Assembly: GCA_964035575.1 (NCBI GenBank)
Contig: OZ037840.1
Span: 186,001-250,000, forward strand
Length of the DNA stretch: 64,000 nt
From: Rhynchopus sp. YZ270_cl-10
Taxonomy: Eukaryota
Direction of reading: 5' to 3'
Positions 59,947 through 64,000 of this stretch are shown piece by piece (position 1 is the first letter of the stretch; each line of letters starts with the position of its first letter). Under the pieces are notes generated by a model that ran no database searches, was not told where the DNA came from, and worked only from the letters and a program-made list of their open reading frames with translations. The translations under genes and the position numbers were made by a program.

Positions 59947-60579
59947 TGCAACAACCTGCAGCGCACTGTCCCCCACAAAAGACGTCAATCAAATGTAATC
60001 CCACTGTGTAAAAGGTGTGTCCTGTGTGTGGGTGGGTGTGCATGATAACAACCTTTGTGACACAGACAATGTGGGCAGGCGAGAGCGCTACCACGAAGAA
60101 AAGTATTGTGCACAGAACGTGCACCAAGAGTGCGACAAGACATGCTGTGCACACCACCTGAACAGGGTGCCTTCAACAGACAAGTGGCCAACAATAGGCA
60201 ACTTTGCTGTCCCTCTCACCACCACAAGGTGGTCGCACTGTACGGGTTTTGTGAATTTTTACGCTGACATGTGAAACCCTCCACAAGAATGGGAATACAT
60301 CGAGCAAAGTCAGTGGAGACACACCACAAGGTGCGAAGACGCTTTATAATTTCACAGAAAATGCACAAAATCCGAAGTGGTGCCCGTAAAGACAAAAACA
60401 AAAAGGTTGGTGAGCCCACTCTTCAGTCAAGGTAATACCAAGTAAAGAACACGCCGTGTTAATAGAAAATACTCCAAAAGAACACCACACTGTCACCATT
60501 ATGACCAACGGAAGTTGGCAAGTAAAGAACATGGTTGCATTATTGAATGCGCCACGTATGGAGATGCATTGGCAAGTGG

Positions 60580-62673
60580 TTACCCCAGTCCGTCCCTGCT
60601 CTCCTTAACCACTCTGTAGCCACCACCCGTGTGTTGCACAAGAGTGTCTTCAAGTGCAGACGGCAGTGTTGTGACGTCGGGTTCGTAAAGGCATGTGCCC
60701 CCCTCACGCACAGCTTCTTCGCACAGCCCCCAGCTGCGTCGCACAATGTGTCCCAACACTGTCACAAAGCGTTGTTTGTGGCTGCCAATGTCCCCGTGCT
60801 GCACAGGACCACTCACAACACCAGCACCCTTGAAGTACGCAGTCTTCGCCATCATCCGCTGTGCAAACCGCACTGCGTTCTCCATGTGTGCAGGTGCCGA
60901 ACGGGTCACGTTCCACCCAACGCACACACAGCTCCCAAGCAGCGTCACCAAGCTCCCACCGCTCTGGTCCAGTGCAATCGTGAGTGTTGCAAGTCCTGCG
61001 TTCATTGTGTGCAGTGCTTTCAGGGCAGATTCGTCACCCACTTCAATGTCCACAACACCGATAGTGCCGGTCACCTGACGACCCAGGTGTGGTCCGAACG
61101 CGAACGATCCCTCCGAAGTAGCACTTCCCGAAGACAGCGACGCCATCGGCACCACTGCTGATGTACTTCTGGCCAGAGTGCCCGTACCACACAGAGGGTT
61201 CTGTGCTCGTCCCGCAAGTGACACAGGCCACAAGCAACGCACAAACATTGCCTGCGACACACCCTTCAAGTCAAGCGACTCAATCTCATCAGCAAAAGCC
61301 GTGCACGACTCGCAGACAGAATCCCACAGATCGCAAGGCACCGCCACAGCCCCGGGTTTGCACGCACTCTCAAGACGTGACGCAACGTTCACCGTGTGTC
61401 CAAAGTAGTCTGTCCGTCCCGTCAGTGAACACTGCTCTACCGTCACAGGACCACTGTTCACACCAATGCGCACAGTCAGTCCACCCCAAAGTGAGCCCTG
61501 TTCAGCACAGATCGGTGCCTCCTCAAGCAGCGACGCAGGCCAGTTTGCTTCACGAAGACGTTCCTGCACCTGCAGTCCAAAGTTCACACCGTCAGCTGTT
61601 GATGCGAAGGCAACCATGAAGGCGTCGCCGATTGTCTTCACTTCGTACCCACCAAACACCTGCATCACCTCACGCATCACAGCGTTGTGTATCTTCAACG
61701 CAGCACACATCCCTTCTGGCGCACACTCCCAGATCGACGTCGACGAACGGATGTCTGTGAAGACAATCGTTCCCATGTCGTTCGCAAGCACAGGTGGCGG
61801 CACAGACGCGCTTGGCGCACCACCCTCCTCCTCAAACAGCGCTGCGGGGAGGTAGGGACGGTACCTCCGCAGGTTCTCCTCCATCCTCTGCAGTGTTGCG
61901 TGCATCTCCTCTGGGAGCTGTTCCCTTTGCTCCTCCAGCATGTCTGTCACCCCTTCTATATCGTACCGTGCAAGCAGCGACGCAATCTCCTGCACAGTGC
62001 TGATCGTCCGCTCCATTGTTGCCTGCTCCTTCAGGATGTCACGTGCAAACCCTCTCGTTGCCACAAAGTCAATGACAAAGACGCAAGCAGCCGCCAAGGT
62101 AACTGTCATAGTGTTGTTCGAGCACGGGGGCGAATCACATTCACTCAAACCACGCAAGTATTGTATCCTCCCCGACTCACCCTCCTGCGGCACAAGACCA
62201 GGTAGGTCCAGAAGGCCAAACCTGAAGTACTCCTCCACGCACATGAGAGCCAACCACACAAGCGTCGTGCAGACTAGACCACCGGTGTAGCGTGTGGGCA
62301 CCTGCATCACAAGCAGGAGGTCCACAATGAGCACGAGGGGTGCCCAAAACATGTCACCTTTGCAACGAGCAAGCAGGTCTGATAAAAGCACGCCTGCGTA
62401 CATTGTGTACGCTATAGCTACGACGAGGAAGGTCCCAAGTTGGACCCCGCACAGTATTAACATGGTACCCACGAACGACGCCACCAGTAACATTGCAGTG
62501 GTATACAAACGCACCCCGCTGTACTGGAAGGAGATGATAGAGAAACCCACAAGAAACACAAAGGCCGTCACGCTGATCGCGAAGAACAGCTCCCGCTTCC
62601 TCCTCTCCTTTGCGTCAAGTGTGCCATCCAGCGTCAGTGCACCCTCCACCCATCGTGGCCACTGCAGCTTCAT
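60580..62673 (-). CDS. 6-TM receptor-type adenylyl cyclase with a second degenerate cyclase domain, paralog 8 (697 aa)
   Basis: Nearly identical to paralog 7 from TM4 onward; TM1-3 and the extreme C-terminus differ. Confidence 0.9.
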   Translation of the reverse strand: MKLQWPRWVEGALTLDGTLDAKERRKRELFFAISVTAFVFLVGFSIISFQYSGVRLYTTAMLLVASFVGTMLILCGVQLGTFLVVAIAYTMYAGVLLSDLLARCKGDMFWAPLVLIVDLLLVMQVPTRYTGGLVCTTLVWLALMCVEEYFRFGLLDLPGLVPQEGESGRIQYLRGLSECDSPPCSNNTMTVTLAAACVFVIDFVATRGFARDILKEQATMERTISTVQEIASLLARYDIEGVTDMLEEQREQLPEEMHATLQRMEENLRRYRPYLPAALFEEEGGAPSASVPPPVLANDMGTIVFTDIRSSTSIWECAPEGMCAALKIHNAVMREVMQVFGGYEVKTIGDAFMVAFASTADGVNFGLQVQERLREANWPASLLEEAPICAEQGSLWGGLTVRIGVNSGPVTVEQCSLTGRTDYFGHTVNVASRLESACKPGAVAVPCDLWDSVCESCTAFADEIESLDLKGVSQAMFVRCLWPVSLAGRAQNPLCGTGTLARSTSAVVPMASLSSGSATSEGSFAFGPHLGRQVTGTIGVVDIEVGDESALKALHTMNAGLATLTIALDQSGGSLVTLLGSCVCVGWNVTRSAPAHMENAVRFAQRMMAKTAYFKGAGVVSGPVQHGDIGSHKQRFVTVLGHIVRRSWGLCEEAVREGGTCLYEPDVTTLPSALEDTLVQHTGGGYRVVKESRDGLG

Positions 62674-63554
62674 TGCGACAGCCTGGTGCACTGTCCCCCA
62701 CAAAAGACGTCAGCCAAAGGCAACCCCACTGTGTAAAAGGTGTGTCCTGTATGTGGGTGGGTGGATATGATAACAAGCTTTGTGAACACAGACTGGGCAG
62801 GCTCAGTGCACACCACATGAGAGGGTGCTTTCAGCAGACAAGCGTCCAACAATAGGCAACCTTGCTGTCTCTCTCACTACTATGATATGCTCACACTGTG
62901 CACGAAGGTTTTTTTTTCCCCGCATTTTTTTTTTTTTTTTACGCCGACATGTAAAACTCTCCATAATAATTGCAATAAATCAATCAAAGTGTAGCCAGTG
63001 GAGACACACCACAAGGTCAAGGTGACTTGAAGGTGCGAAGATGTTTTATAATGTTGTCGTCCTCCTCGCCATCGAAGGAGGGAAGGAACTAAATACAGCG
63101 CAGTCGAAGAGGGGGGGAATGCGATCAACCAACAAACGACAAATAAAATAGAGGGGCGGGTGTTTCATGGTTTTTTTTTGACTTTGGGTTGTGTTATGCA
63201 AAAAAAAAGGGGGTGGGGGGGGGGAATAAAATATATAATATATGTCATTCATCCTCACTTCTCCCCCCCATCCCTTCTAATGTCCTTCGCTTCAATCAAT
63301 AGCAACACCCAGCTGACTTCTTCTTTTTCTTCTTGTTTTTTGTAGTATCGACACTCACCCTGTCCGAGGATGGGTTCTGTATAAAAACAAAGTCGCCGAA
63401 GGGCTAAAATGAATTTCAAAAGGTAGAATGTATAAGGGAAAACAAACTTTCGGTCTGCGTGCGCGTCCTGCGTGCCTGGGTTTTTTTGAGATTTTCAAAA
63501 AAAAAGTTTTTTTCAAAAGGGGAATAGTCAGATTTACCCTACCCTATTTTGAAA

Positions 63555-63733
63555 AAGTTCAGACTTGCCCCAAATAAGTTCAGACTTGCCCTAAAAACAC
63601 TTTTAGGGCAAGTCTGAACTTTTTTGGGGCAATTCTGAACTTATTTTTAGGGCAAACACTTTTTTTAGGGCAAGTCTGAACTTTTTTGGGGCAAGTCTGA
63701 ACTTATTTTTAGGGCAAGTTGGGAGCTCTTGGG
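63555..63733. repeat. Direct and inverted GGGCAAGTCTGAACTT repeats, probably one end of another TIR element
   Basis: About six copies in both orientations, matching the subterminal-repeat style of the other elements; partner end not found. Confidence 0.6.
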
Positions 63734-64000
63734 TCACAGAGCCCGGCGGTCGTCGTTTTTGCGTTTCAGAACTTTCTGCTGTGTCGATTCTTGTGATTCT
63801 GCTATTCGCGACTCGAGTCCTGGTAGTGAAATGAGCAACCTATGGTATGCAGCTTTTCGCGCCGCACTGCACTACACCGCGAACCGAGACCCGTACAGAA
63901 AACAGAAAACAGAAGAAAGACGTACCCAAACGCGACTCCTCCTGGTACACGACGTAGTAGTAACAAAAAAAATACCGATTAAGTACAAAGCCTTCGGGCG

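Noticed and set aside
9346..62855. Many plus-strand ORFs overlapping the cyclase and RT genes
   Set aside because: Antisense shadows; they recur only because the sense genes are duplicated.

Overview
Eukaryotic, transposon-rich DNA. It is probably from a euglenozoan such as a diplonemid; this is inferred from co-oriented intronless genes, pyrimidine-tract+CAG acceptors and a trypanosomatid-like class III cyclase domain. The backbone is a minus-strand tandem array of eight paralogous ~6-TM membrane proteins starting MKLQWPR. Two (57874-59946, 60580-62673) carry an intact adenylyl-cyclase domain plus a degenerate second domain. Six carry only a degenerate pseudo-cyclase domain. The spacers are filled with nested TIR transposons, many confirmed by empty-site copies elsewhere in the window. 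Five families with CAC/CAT termini are flanked by 6-bp target-site duplications. One of them (38171-41587) encodes an intact 3-exon, 772-aa hAT-like transposase with a CGGBP1-like zinc finger and Asp at the usual catalytic Glu. A ~7.5-kb element sits inverted inside a copy of itself, creating a 15-kb palindrome-like structure. Also present: an APE-RT non-LTR retrotransposon in an (ACAAA)n tract, two foldback elements, classic 8-bp-TSD hAT MITEs, GTAC-core satellites and the 3' part of a C2H2 zinc-finger gene. All coordinates were read by eye, and homopolymer lengths are uncertain.
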